Positions 1-11,289 of a stretch of 64,000 bases of DNA are shown one piece after another. A program made the position numbers and the translations under genes. Within the stretch, counting starts at the first letter, position 1. The number at the start of each line of letters is the position of its first letter. Source of the DNA: Azolla caroliniana (lineage: Eukaryota; Plantae; Polypodiophyta); the NCBI GenBank assembly GCA_043228905.1, contig JBHGNT010000013.1, forward strand, positions 2,852,001 to 2,916,000. Reading direction: 5' to 3'. The notes under the pieces were generated by a model. The model saw only the letters and a list, made by a program, of their open reading frames with translations, was not told the DNA's origin and did no database searches.

Positions 1-342
1 TTTTCGGTCCCTCCGGATGGGATGTCCGGAGATGAATGACGGCAAGCCTGGTTGCGGTTACGGAACCGGAGGATGAAGAGTACCCGGTTACGGAGCCGGA
101 TGACGAAGACCCGGCTACGGAGCCGGATGATGAAGACCCCGGCTACGGAGCCGGATGATGAATGTACCCGGAGAGAGATCCGGATGCGGGGACATATTTG
201 TGAATATGTTTGCCAAGGGCCCTTGAGGCTATATTTGTAAATAGCCCGAAAGTCATATGTGTATAAATATGACTTAGGGCAAACAGTTTAGTGACTGTTG
301 CTCATTTTCTGTTTTCCGTTTAGTGAGAGTGAAGAGAGCAGC

Positions 343-376
<34 letters not shown>

Positions 377-641
377 GAAGAGGTCGTTGCCTCTGTGTAT
401 TACCGCCACCTGTGGCGAAGACAGTGAGCTCAAGGTTGTTGCCTTGTGACTTCACCATTGTACATCTCTGTTCATAGTGATAGTTGGAGTTGGAGGACTT
501 CCGTGGTTTTTTCCCATTTAGGGTTTTCCACGTAAAACATCCTGTGTACTTTTCTCTCTATTATCTTCGTGCATTTTGTATTTTCCTATTTTCTGTGAGT
601 TGATCCTATTCCTCGGTTGTGGTCGAGCACCGTGTTCAACA
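1..641 (+). repeat. 5' LTR of A (first ~8 bp outside window)
   Basis: Matches 4766-5442; ends TTCAACA; contains U3 tandem repeats, TATA and (GA)n. Confidence 0.96.
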
Positions 642-644
642 AAG

Positions 645-656
645 TGGTATCAGAGC
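645..656 (+). promoter_or_regulatory. PBS of A (initiator tRNA-Met)
   Basis: TGGTATCAGAGC 3 nt after the LTR end. Confidence 0.95.
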
Positions 657-672
657 ACGGTTAACACAGAAA

Positions 673-3600
673 ATGGAAGGCGGCGGTAGTGGGCCTCCGG
701 GCATGATGGTGTTGAACTCACAGAACTACGCCGACTGGAAGATAAAGATGGAAGACCTTCTCATCGTCCGAGACCTGTACGAACCGATCGACAATGCCGA
801 GATACCCAAGGGGGTAATAGAGTCGGAGTGGAAGCTCCTGAACCGGAAAGCCGTAGCGACGATCCGGCAATATGTAGATGTAAGTGTTCTGCAGCATGTG
901 GCGAACGACACCAACGCATATGAGATGTGGAAGAAGCTGTCGGGCCTCTACGAGAGGAAGAATGCGTTGAACCGGACCTCCCTGATGAGGAAGATAGTGA
1001 ACCTCAAGTACCGGGACGGCGAGAATATGGTGGAACACGTGAGCACGTTCATGGGATTCGTGAACCAGCTTGCGGCGATCAAGTTCCCGTTGGAGGATGC
1101 AATGCAAGCCATCATTCTGATGTGTACATTGCCGGAAAGCTGGGAGAACTTGGTGGTGACTCTCAGCACCTCCTGCACCGAAGATAACTTGTCTCTACAA
1201 ACGGTAAAGACAAGCATTTTGAACGAAGAAGCGCGTCGGAGAGATAAAGAACCGGTTTCCGATCCGAAGATGCTGCTTGCCGAATCGGATCGGGGAAGAC
1301 AATGGAACCGGAGTCCGCAAAGACGGGAGAAGTCGGGGACCCGGTCGCAATCAAGAGGAAGACCCACATGCTTCCACTGTGGGAAGCCGGGGCACTTCCG
1401 GAAAAATTGTCGGCATTACCGAAAGGACAACGGAGCCGACGACACCGATTCGAAGAAGTCACCGGAGAGAAACGGTGCATACCGGGGAGCCACGGACCGG
1501 AGAGGTCCGGATCGGCGAGGGCAGGACCGGAAAGGAACGACGGCACTCGCGGCAAGTGAAGAAGAGATAATGCTCATTACCGAAGAGAGGGAGCTGAACC
1601 TTGCCGGTGTAGAGATGACCTGGGTGGTCGATTCCGGAGCGTCGTTCCACCTGACCCCGGAGAAGAAATACTTCTCATCCTACACAGCCGGTGAGCACGG
1701 CTGTGTCCGGATGGGAAATGAAGGCACATGTCGGATTGCCGGCATAGGAGACGTGTGGCTGATGACATCAACCGGATGCAAGATGCTGCTGAAGGATGTA
1801 CGACACGTTCCGGAGGTCCGATTGAACCTGATTTCGGCCGGGAGGCTAGACGATGAAGGCTACACGGGTAGCATCCGGAACGGTGTCATGAAGTTCAGCA
1901 AAGGGAGCCTGATAGTGGCTCGGGCCCGGAAGGTCAACACGCTGTACCTGATGAATTCCCGGCTATGTCCGGAGGAGCTGAACGTGGTAGCCGATACTGC
2001 CGGTGAGCTGTGGCACAAGAGACTGTGTCACATGAGTGAGAAGGGGATGAAGAGGCTTGCAGAAGACAACCTTATTCCAGTGAAGCATGTGCACCTGGAG
2101 AAGTGCACCGATTGCCTGGCCGGTAAACAGAACCGAACCTCCTTCCACTCAAGGCCACCGACGAGACGTAGTGTACCATTGGAGTTGGTACACACTGATG
2201 TGTGTCAGGTAGAAACGAAGTCACATGGCGGAGCCCAGTACTTCGTAACATTTATAGATGACCATAGCCGGAAGCTGTGGACGGCACCGTTGAAGACAAA
2301 GGACCAAGTATTGTCCGTCTTCAAAGAACTCCACGCGAGAGTGGAAAGGGAATCCGGCAAGGAGCTGAAAGCGATACGAGCGGATAACGGAGGGGAATAC
2401 CGGGGGCAGTTCGAGGAGTACTGTCGCTCGAAGGGAATCCGGCTCGAGTTTACTGTGCCGAAGACGCCGGAACTGAACGGGCTGGCCGAGAGGATGAACC
2501 AGACCATAATAGAGAGGGTCCGGAGTATGCTGGCGCATGCGAAATTACCCAAGGGGTTTTGGGCTGAGGCAATGTCGACGGCGACATACGTGATAAACAG
2601 ATCACCTTCAGCACCTTTGGACGGAGACACGCCGCAGAGAGTGTGGACCGGTAGGGAAGTATCCTACCGGCATCTGAAGGTGTTCGGGTGTCTCGCATAT
2701 GTGCATGTGGCAAAGGACCGGAGAGGAAAGCTAGACCCAAAGACCCGGCCATGCATATTCCTCGGTTACGGCGACGACGAGTTCGGCTACCGAGTATGGG
2801 ACCCGGTCGACAAAAAGATATCCCGGAGTCGTGATATCATCTTCATGGAGGACAAGACACTCGCCGACTGGGAGTCGGAGAAGAAGATGAAGAGCTCCAA
2901 GTCATCCGGTGAGGATCAACTCTACGAGGAGCAGTCCCGACCGGCAAGGGACCGGTTAGCACTCGAGGATCCGGCCGAAGACGGTGAAGAAACAGAACCG
3001 GCCGAGGAAGATGAAACTGATACCGGAACCGGCCCCGATCCCGAAATGGATTCGGATGAAGAGGAAACGGAGGAGCCGGTTACCGAAGCTCCGGAACGGA
3101 GATATCCTCTAAGGGAGAGAAGGGCCCCCCGGAGATTTCCGGAACCAGAGCACGTGCTGCTAACCGACGAGGGGGAGCCGGAGAGTTTTTGAAGAAGCAA
3201 AGCTTGACACCCATAGCCGCAGGTGGTTAAGTGCCCTGCAGGAGGAGATGGATTCCCTGCATGAGAACCACACATATGAACTTGTGGAGTTGCCGAAAGG
3301 AAAGCGGGCACTTCGAAACAAGTGGGTGTTCAAGCTGAAACCGGGAGATGCCGGAAACCCCCCGAGATACAAAGCCAGGATCGTGGTGAAGGGGTTTCAG
3401 CAGAAGAAGGGCGTCGACTTCGACGAGATATTTGCCCCGGTAGTGAAGATGACCTCCATCCGGACGGTGCTGAGCATAGCGGCAAGCATGGACCTCGAGG
3501 TAGAACAGATGGACGTGAAGACGGCATTCCTTCACGGTGACCTCGAAGAAGAGATCTACATGTAGCAACCGGAAGGATTCGAGAAGAAAGGGAAGGAGCA

Positions 3601-4747
3601 CCTGGTATGCCGGTTGAAGAAGAGCCTTTACGGACTGAAGCAGGCTCCCCGGCAGTGGTACCGGAAGTTCGACTCCTTCATGACCGACGAAGGGTACCAC
3701 AAAACGCAGTCCGATCACTGCGTGTTTGTGAAGAAGTTCGAAGGAGGAGACTTTCTAATACTCCTCCTGTATGTGGACGACATGTTGATCGTCGGACGGG
3801 ACCAGGTCAAGATACGGATGCTGAAGAAGGCTCTTCACCGAACCTTCTCAATGAAGGACCTGGGTCCGGCGAGGCAAATACTAGGGATGCACATCATCCG
3901 GGACCGGAAGAAGAAGCAGTTGTGGCTGTCACAGGAGAAGTACGTGACAAAGGTGCTTCACCGGTTCAACATGTCGGAAGCAAGACCGGTCGGGTCAACC
4001 CTCCCGGCAAACTGCAAGTTGTCCAGCAATCAAAGCCCCAAGACAAAGGCTGAGAAGGAGGACATGATGAAAGTACCATATGCCTCTGCCGTCGGAAGCT
4101 TGATGTACGCAATGGTGTGTACAAGACCGGACATTGGATACGCAGTCGGAGTGGTGAGCCGGTATATGAGTAATCCCGGCAAGGAGCACTGGAACGCGGT
4201 CAAATGGATACTCCGATACCTGAAAGGCACAACAAACGTGTGCCTCCGATTCGGCTCCGGTAAGCCCGAACTCGACGGCTTTACCGATTCGGATATGTCG
4301 GCTGATGCAGATACCAGCCGGTCCACATCAGGGTATGTGATGACGTATGCAGGGGGAGCTGTTTCGTGGCAGTCAAGGCTGCAGAAGACGGTTGCACTGT
4401 CAACCACGGTGGCGGAGTACATGGCGGCTGTTGAAGCTGGCAAGGAAATAATATGGATGAAGGACTTCATTAGAGAGCTCGGTATCCGGCAGGAGGAGTA
4501 CCGACTCTACTGCGACAGTCAGAGTGCCATCCACCTTGCGAAGAACGCGGCCTACCATTCCCGGACGAAACACATCCAACGTAGATACCACTGGATCCGA
4601 GAAAGGGTAGAAGACAAGGAGTTCGTGCTGACAAAGATCCACACGGACGAGAACGGGTCGGATATGCTGACCAAGGTACTTACACCTGACAAGCTGGAAG
4701 CATGCCGGAAGAGGATCGGATTGGAGAGACATCCCATGCCGAAGTGA
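673..4747 (+). pseudogene. Copia gag-pol polyprotein of A with two lesions
   Basis: CFHCGKPGHFRKNC knuckle, WVVDSGAS protease, HTDV/DNGGEY integrase, LYVDD RT, SDMLTK RNase H. One extra T in the T5 run near 3190 and a TAG at 3563-3565. Confidence 0.95.
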
Positions 4748-4757
4748 AGGGGGAGTT
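4745..4757 (+). promoter_or_regulatory. Polypurine tract of A
   Basis: TGAAGGGGGAG directly before the 3' LTR. Confidence 0.9.
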
Positions 4758-5140
4758 TCTTGGGATTTTCGGTCCCTCCGGATGGGATGTCCGGAGATGA
4801 ATGACGGCAAGCCTGGTTGCGGTTACGGAACCGGAGGATGAAGAGTACCCGGTTACGGAGCCGGATGATGAAGACCCCGGCTACGGAGCCGGATGACGAA
4901 GAGAAGACCCCGGCTACGGAGCCGGATGACGAAGACCCCGGCTACGGAGCCGGATGATGAATGTACCCGGAGAGAGATCCGGATGCAGGGACATATTTGT
5001 GAATATGTTTGCCAAGGGCCCTTGAGGCTATATTTGTAAATAGCCCGAAAGTCATATGTGTATAAATATGACTTAGGGCAAACAGTTTAGTGACTGTTGC
5101 TCATTTTCTGTTTTCCGTTTAGAGAGAGTGAAGAGAGCAG

Positions 5141-5177
<37 letters not shown>

Positions 5178-5442
5178 GAAGAGGTCGTTGCCTCTGTGTA
5201 TTACCGCCGCCTGTGGCGAAGACAGTGAGCTCAAGGTTGTTGCCTTGTGACTTCACCATTGTACATCTCTGTTCATAGTGATAGTTGGAGTTGGAGGACT
5301 TCCGTGGTTTTTTCCCATTTAGGGTTTTCCACGTAAAACATCCTGTGTACTTTTCTCTCTATTGTCTTCGTGCATTTTGTATTTTCCTATTTTCTGTGAG
5401 TTGATCCTATTCCTCGGTTGTGGTCGAGCACCGTGTTCAACA
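4758..5442 (+). repeat. 3' LTR of A
   Basis: TCTTGGGA...TTCAACA. Starts TC instead of TG; the related element H starts TGTTAGGA. Confidence 0.95.
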
Positions 5443-5447
5443 ATAAT

Positions 5448-8400
5448 GTACTTCGATATGCTTTGTGCGTGTGTGGAACATCGGGTTTCGAGCCAGATAA
5501 ATACTGCTCATGTTGTTGCAGTAAAGGGGAGTCGAATCCTTGATGGGAACGCCCAGATCCTTCAAAATCCTCTTGAGCCATACGGCTTCGCATACAGCTA
5601 CGGATGTGCCCTTGTATTCAGCCTCCGTACACGAAAGTGCGACGGTAGGCTGCTTCTTACTAATCCAAGATATTGCTCCTCTATCGAGCTAGAAGACAAA
5701 TACTGAGGTCGATCGCCGATCGGCTCTGTAGCCGGCCCAGTCGGCATCCGTGTACCCTTCGAGTCGAATTGATGTGACCGATGCGTAGAGGATGTCGTAA
5801 TCCATTGTGCCGCTCACGTATCGTAATACTCACTTAGCGCAATCGAAATGAATATCTCGCGGAGTTTGCATGAATTGGTTAAGAAGGCTGATTGGATAGC
5901 TAAGGTCCGGTTGAGTGATCGTGAGATAGATGAGGCTCCTGATTAGTTGACGATATTGGGTCGGCTCACACTCTTCCGTGCCGGAGTCGGCATCCAATTT
6001 GAGGTTTCAATCGAGAGGGTTTGCCACGGATTTACACTAAGTCATCCCGAACTTGTATAAAAAATTGAGGATGTAGTGTCGTTGGGAGATCATAATGCTG
6101 ACCGGAGTCCGAATTACCTCGAATCCTAGGAAGTAATGAAGCTCCTTCATGTTTGTCATCTCGAATTTGTTGGAGAGGAGGGACTTCACCTTGTTGATGT
6201 CAAGTAAATGCTCACCTCCAATAACCAGATCATCCACGTACAGGATGATGAGAATTAGGCTTCTAGAGTCGTGTCGTACGTAGAGGGAGTTGTCGAATTT
6301 CGACATTCTAAATTCGATTTGATGAAGATATTGTGTAATCTTCGAATGCTAAGCACACGGTGCTTGCTTGAGGCCGTAGAGTGGCTTCTAGAGTCGGCAC
6401 ACGGCTTTCGCATGAGTACGCGATTCGAAGCCGGGTGGTTGTACCATGTATACCTCCTCTTCTAATTCACCTTGAAGAAAGGCGTTCTTGACGTCCATCT
6501 GATGGAGGTGCCACCCTTTTGCCGCTACGAGTGCAATTACGGTCCGCACCGTCGTCATCTTTGTCACGGGGGCAAATGTCTCTTCGTAGTCTACTCCATG
6601 TGTTTGTGCGTATCCTTTCACTACGAGTCAAACTTTGTAGCAGTTTACGGAGCCATCAACGTTATACTTCACGTTGTAGATCCATTTGCAACCGATCGCC
6701 TTCTTGTGGGGTGACTGGGGAACGAGATCCCATGTTTCGTTCTTTGCAAAGTGCCCGCATCTCCTCATTCATTGCTTTGACCCATCGTGGGTCCTTCACG
6801 GCTTTAGAAAAGTTTTCCAGCTCCTGTATTGTCGCTACCTTCATCATAAACGCGTAATGGTACGCCATATAATCGTTGTAGCCGAATCGGCTTACCGGGT
6901 TCTTTTCACGGGTGGATCAACGGAGCTTCTCGTTTGCGGATAATAAGTCTTTCTTCGCTCCATTTGTCTGGTTGTCAAGGCCGTTGAACTCACTATCAAG
7001 GGAGTGAGTTGATTCGTTGCCGTCGAAGTGATCATCTTCATACTCCGACATTTTTGCCTTCCCTTTGTCCAGCTTCGGACTCGACCGAGATGTGCTTTGA
7101 TCGCTCAGAGGCTCTTGTGGTCCACTAAGCCTTGTCGTAATCGGACTTTCTTCGAACATGCGTGTGAGCCGATGTTCGGCTTCAATCTCTATTTCGGCGG
7201 ATTCCGGGTCAAGCGGAATCAGAGTCAAAGTTGTCTCTTGTACGTACTAGGATGCGGACTCGTCGAAAATGACGTCTCGACTTACTCAAGGTTTTCGAGT
7301 TGAGGGGTTATAGCACTTGTACCCCTTTTGTTCTAGTGAGTATCCTACAAGGATACATTTCTCTGACTTCGGGTCTAGCTTTTGTCGCTTCTTGGAATGT
7401 GCACGTACGCAATGGAGCCGAATATCCGAACATGTGATAGGTTCGGCTTCTTTCCAAAACTCTTCTCATGCTGAGTAAGTTCGTGCACACCCGATGTCGT
7501 ACACCGATTCATGAGGTATACGGCCGTGTTAGCCGCTTCTGCCCAGTACGACTTCGGCACGTACTTTTCATTTATCATGGCCCGTGCTACTTCGAGGAGG
7601 TGCCGATTCTTTCGTTCGACCACTCCATTTTGTTGCGCCGTATGTCGACACGAAAACTCTTGCCGAATTCATTCTTTTCGTAAATACGCCCTAAACTCAT
7701 CCGTGAAATATTCCTTGCCTCCATTTGATCGAAGGCACTGTACGTGTCGACTCATAGCTTTTTCGACTCCACTTTTGAATTTTTGGAAGTGTCCAAACAC
7801 TTCGCTCATTTTCCGCATTGGGTAGATCCAAGTGTGCCTAGAGAAGTCGTCGATAAAGGTCATGTGGTATCAGCATCCGCCGAATGTTGCCGTTTGAGCC
7901 AGTCCCCATACATCGGAATGAATTACGTCGAGTACGCCTTTCCTCACATTCCTCTCCTTCGGAAATGGATGCCAATGTTGCTTGCCGAATTGGCAAGCCA
8001 CACATACGCCTTCAATCTCTCTCTCTTTGAAGGTCGGGAGTCCGATGACGACTCCTTTCGATTGCATCACCTTGAGCTTTTGAAGGTTGAGATGGCCAAT
8101 CCGCTTGTGCCATAACTCTATGTCGGACTCGGCTTTCGTGCCTTTTGCGAACATGGCCGATTTCATCTCGTGCAAGTCGAGAATGAACACTCGGCCCTCT
8201 CTTCATCCGCACGCGATGAGTCGGCCCTCTTTTTCGATGAAGCAACCACATTGATTAAATCAAACTTGCATTCCTTGCTCTACAATTTGGCCGATAGAGA
8301 CCAAATTCTTCGTGATAGTTGCTACATGCAAGACATTTTTAATGTAAGTTTGCTTACCTTATTTTCCAAACAGAACAAGAGACAACTCGGAACCATTCTT

Positions 8401-9519
8401 AATGCGAATTGGGTGCGTAGTGTCGTCTCCAGTTTCGACATAGCCGAGTTGGTCCAGCTCTCGAAGTTCTCGGAACCATTCTTAATGCGACGTCATATGG
8501 TTCGAGGCACCGGAATCGACGAACCATATGTCTTCCGGACCGGAGGCACTAATAGAAGTAGAGGCCGACATAGAATTCGCTCTATGTCTCATTACGAATA
8601 ATCCACCGTAGTCGTCGTACTCGGAGTCGGCGGCATAATTGGTGAGTTGTCGACTAGTGGAAGCCAACTCGTGCATCTTCTTTCGGCACTCTTCTTTGCG
8701 GTGGCCGACTTTGCCACAATATCCGCATTCAATTGAGGTTTGTCGGCTCGAACCGGAATGGTGGCTCCCCCTTCTTCCGAAGGTTCCTCGATGGCCTCCA
8801 TCTTGTTGCCGTAATTGAGAGTTGTTTTCGTAAATCGGGCCTCGTCCACCTCATCCTTGGCCAAATCATCCTCTTCTTGCACGACAACGTCCTCTTCCTC
8901 CATCCGAATGCGTGTAGATCATGTGGCCTTCCGAAGTGTTGCTCCTTGTTTGAACATGATTTTCTTCGACCAACAACATGGATTGAAGATTGGAGGAGGG
9001 TGGATTCTCTCGTGCTAGTACAGCAGTCCGCATTGCGCCGAACCGTGGTGCAAGGACGCCGAGGCATATTTGCACCATTTCTTCATCCTCCACATTGATG
9101 CTTATTGAGCCGAGTGCATCACAAAGATCCTTGATCTTCAAGGTGTAGCTTGTGATGGACATATCCCTTTGTTGGATGTTGTTCAACTCTTGGCGGAGTT
9201 TAAGCTTTCTCGTGGTCGTGTTCGCGGCGAAAATCTTTCGTAGATTCTCCCATGCTTCCTTCGGCGTCTCAGCCTCTCAAATGTAGTCAAGCATGTGTTT
9301 GTGAACACATGTCTCCAAGCAATACAACACTCGGCTTGTCGCTTGTTCCCATGTTGCGTAGTCGGCGTCTTTCGGGTCAAGTCGGTTTTCTTGTGCTCCT
9401 TTGATGTAACCCCAATAGCGTTGGCCGACAAGGTACTGGTGCATCTTGTACTCCCAAAATACAAAGTTATTTCGATCTAGCTTCTCGCTAGGGAGAGCGC
9501 ACCCCATTTGAGTATTCAT
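5448..9519 (-). pseudogene. Fragmented Copia gag-pol of B
   Basis: MNTQMG..LPSEKLDR gag, ECGYCGKVGH knuckle, [46 protein letters not shown]; many stops and frameshifts. Confidence 0.92.
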
Positions 9520-9691
9520 TGTCAATGAAGATTTCTTTCTTCTTTTCTTTTCCTTCTCTCTCGAACACGAGCTATGTAGTCGCACTATGATAGTGATGAG
9601 CCGGTTCTTCTTGAACATCGACATGGAGCACAACATACAGTCACGATGAGGCGAGTGGGCTAGATCGAGCTACCAAATCGCTCTCATACCA

Positions 9692-10181
9692 TGTAAAGAA
9701 TCGATGGTGATTCTTGTGTAGCGGAATAGATGTGCGTTATGTGCGTATATGTGTGAGAGAAAAAGAGAGGAGAGAAAAGAGAACTCAAGATAGATAAATG
9801 AAAGGAGAATAGAATACTCAAGAAAAAGGTGTATATTGCACAAGTAGAATAAGATTTACAAAGTGTAGCATAACAAGGAGTCACAACCAACTTAGTATGA
9901 AGTGTGAGGAGGGTGCTTTATATATAGTCACCCTCTCTCTTCATTAGCTAACTACAATAATCTCTTCATTAGCCAACTATAATAACCACTCTCTCTTGGG
10001 CAATGTGAAGACTCATAGTCATAGGGAATATGTAATTCATTAGTTATGTGTCATAGAATATGATTCTATGACACATAGTTAATGTCTAGAGAGTAGTGGT
10101 GTGACTCTTAGCCTTTGAGTAATCATAGATTCTCAAAAGGTGTGTTCATATGTTGCACTATGTTGAGCTTGATTCTTGACA
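9692..10181 (-). repeat. 5' LTR of B
   Basis: Homologous to the F LTRs; abuts the PBS; contains a perfect palindrome at 10045-10077. Confidence 0.92.
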
Positions 10182-11285
10182 ACCTCTGATCGAGGTTCTC
10201 AGTTCATTTCCCACTTTTGGCGAAGACTTCTACAAACATTCGGGACTTCTGTAAACTTGTCCTCAGCATACTATCCTGAAACTGATGAACAAACGGAACG
10301 AGTCAACCAAATCCTCGAACAATACATTTGGTGTACCGTGAGCTATCAACAAGAGGATTGGGTGGGCTTCCTTGCAATGGCGGAATTTGCCTACAATATC
10401 CATGCTTCGACTAAGGTTTCCCCCTTCTTTGCAAACTATGGATTTCCCCCTCGTTTCAACATTTCCATACCTGCAACTTCGTTCAATCCATCGGCAAAGA
10501 CGCGTGCCCGCTCTTTACACGATGTCCATCATGATCTCTCCTTGGAGCTCCATGTCGCTAGCAACCAGTATAAAAATCAAGCGGACCGACATCGCTTCGC
10601 TACACCAACGTTTGCAGTCGGGGACATGGTTTTGCTGTTACGTTGTCACATCGCCACCACACTTCCTTGTGCAAAATTGGACTACAAAAGACTAGGCCTT
10701 TTTCGTATCACCGAGCAGATCAACCCAGTCGCCTTTTGGTTAGCACTTCCTCCAACATTCCGGATTCACAATGTTTTTCATGTTTCTCTCCTCGAACTCT
10801 ACTATCCTTCTCGAATTCCGGGACGACAACCTCCCCCACCACCACCTATGGAATTGTCGACGGGCGAAGTATATGAGGTTGACAAAATCCTCGACTCTTG
10901 ATATCGTTGTCAACAACTCCAATATTTGGTCTTATGGAAAGGTCACCCCATATCAGACGCCACATGGGAACCAGTTACACATTTACAAAATTCTTTGGAG
11001 GTTATTCACGATTTCCATCAACGATGCCCACATAAGCAAACCGCGAGTTCTGGGAGGCGGCCTTAGAGGGAGGATAATGTCATAGACACGATGGAATGTA
11101 GGGGGTTGAACTCATGACCTCGTGGTCTTATTGGGAAACCTTACCAATTGAACTACATCCATCTATGTATTATTGTATTGTATAAATTTCAACTTATTAC
11201 CTTCTATGTTAATCACTAGAACTTTCAAGAAACTTCTAGAGAATTCATCTTCATGCATTCTCTAGATGTTTCCTAGCTTTCGACT
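10182..11285 (+). mobile_element. Ty3/Gypsy chromovirus C (Tcn1-like), 3' part: integrase C-terminus, chromodomain, PPT, truncated 3' LTR
   Basis: SDRGSQF..QTERVNQ integrase, IHNVFHVSLL, YEVDKILDS..LVLWKG..DATWEP chromodomain. PPT AGAGGGAGGA near 11065-11074; LTR starts TGTCA at 11078. Right end approximate. Confidence 0.9.
11094..11162 (-). promoter_or_regulatory. tRNA-like Pol III A/B-box cassette in the LTR of C
   Basis: Minus strand TAGTTCAATTGGTAAG...GAGGTCATGAGTTCAACCCC; T8 to T54 distance 45 nt. Confidence 0.7.
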
Positions 11286-11289
11286 TAGA

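Larger units (their letters stand above)
1..5442 (+). mobile_element. Ty1/Copia LTR retrotransposon A (Tork/TAR/Tnt1-like), near intact and young; 5' LTR starts about 8 bp before the window
   Basis: Near-identical LTRs (1-641, 4758-5442), Met PBS, PPT, and gag-PR-INT-RT-RH order. Inserted into the RNase H of element B; right flank ATAAT 5443-5447. Confidence 0.97.
5443..10181 (-). mobile_element. Ty1/Copia element B (degenerate, same family as F); its 3' part lies beyond A, outside the window
   Basis: 5' LTR 9692-10181 (TGTCAAGAATC...TTTACA), PBS TGGTATGAGAGC 9680-9691, fragmented gag-pol. Confidence 0.93.

Noticed and set aside
3180-3195. Programmed frameshift in A between integrase and RT
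   Set aside because: A single extra T in a homopolymer within the conserved EPESFEEA motif; mutation or sequencing error is more likely.
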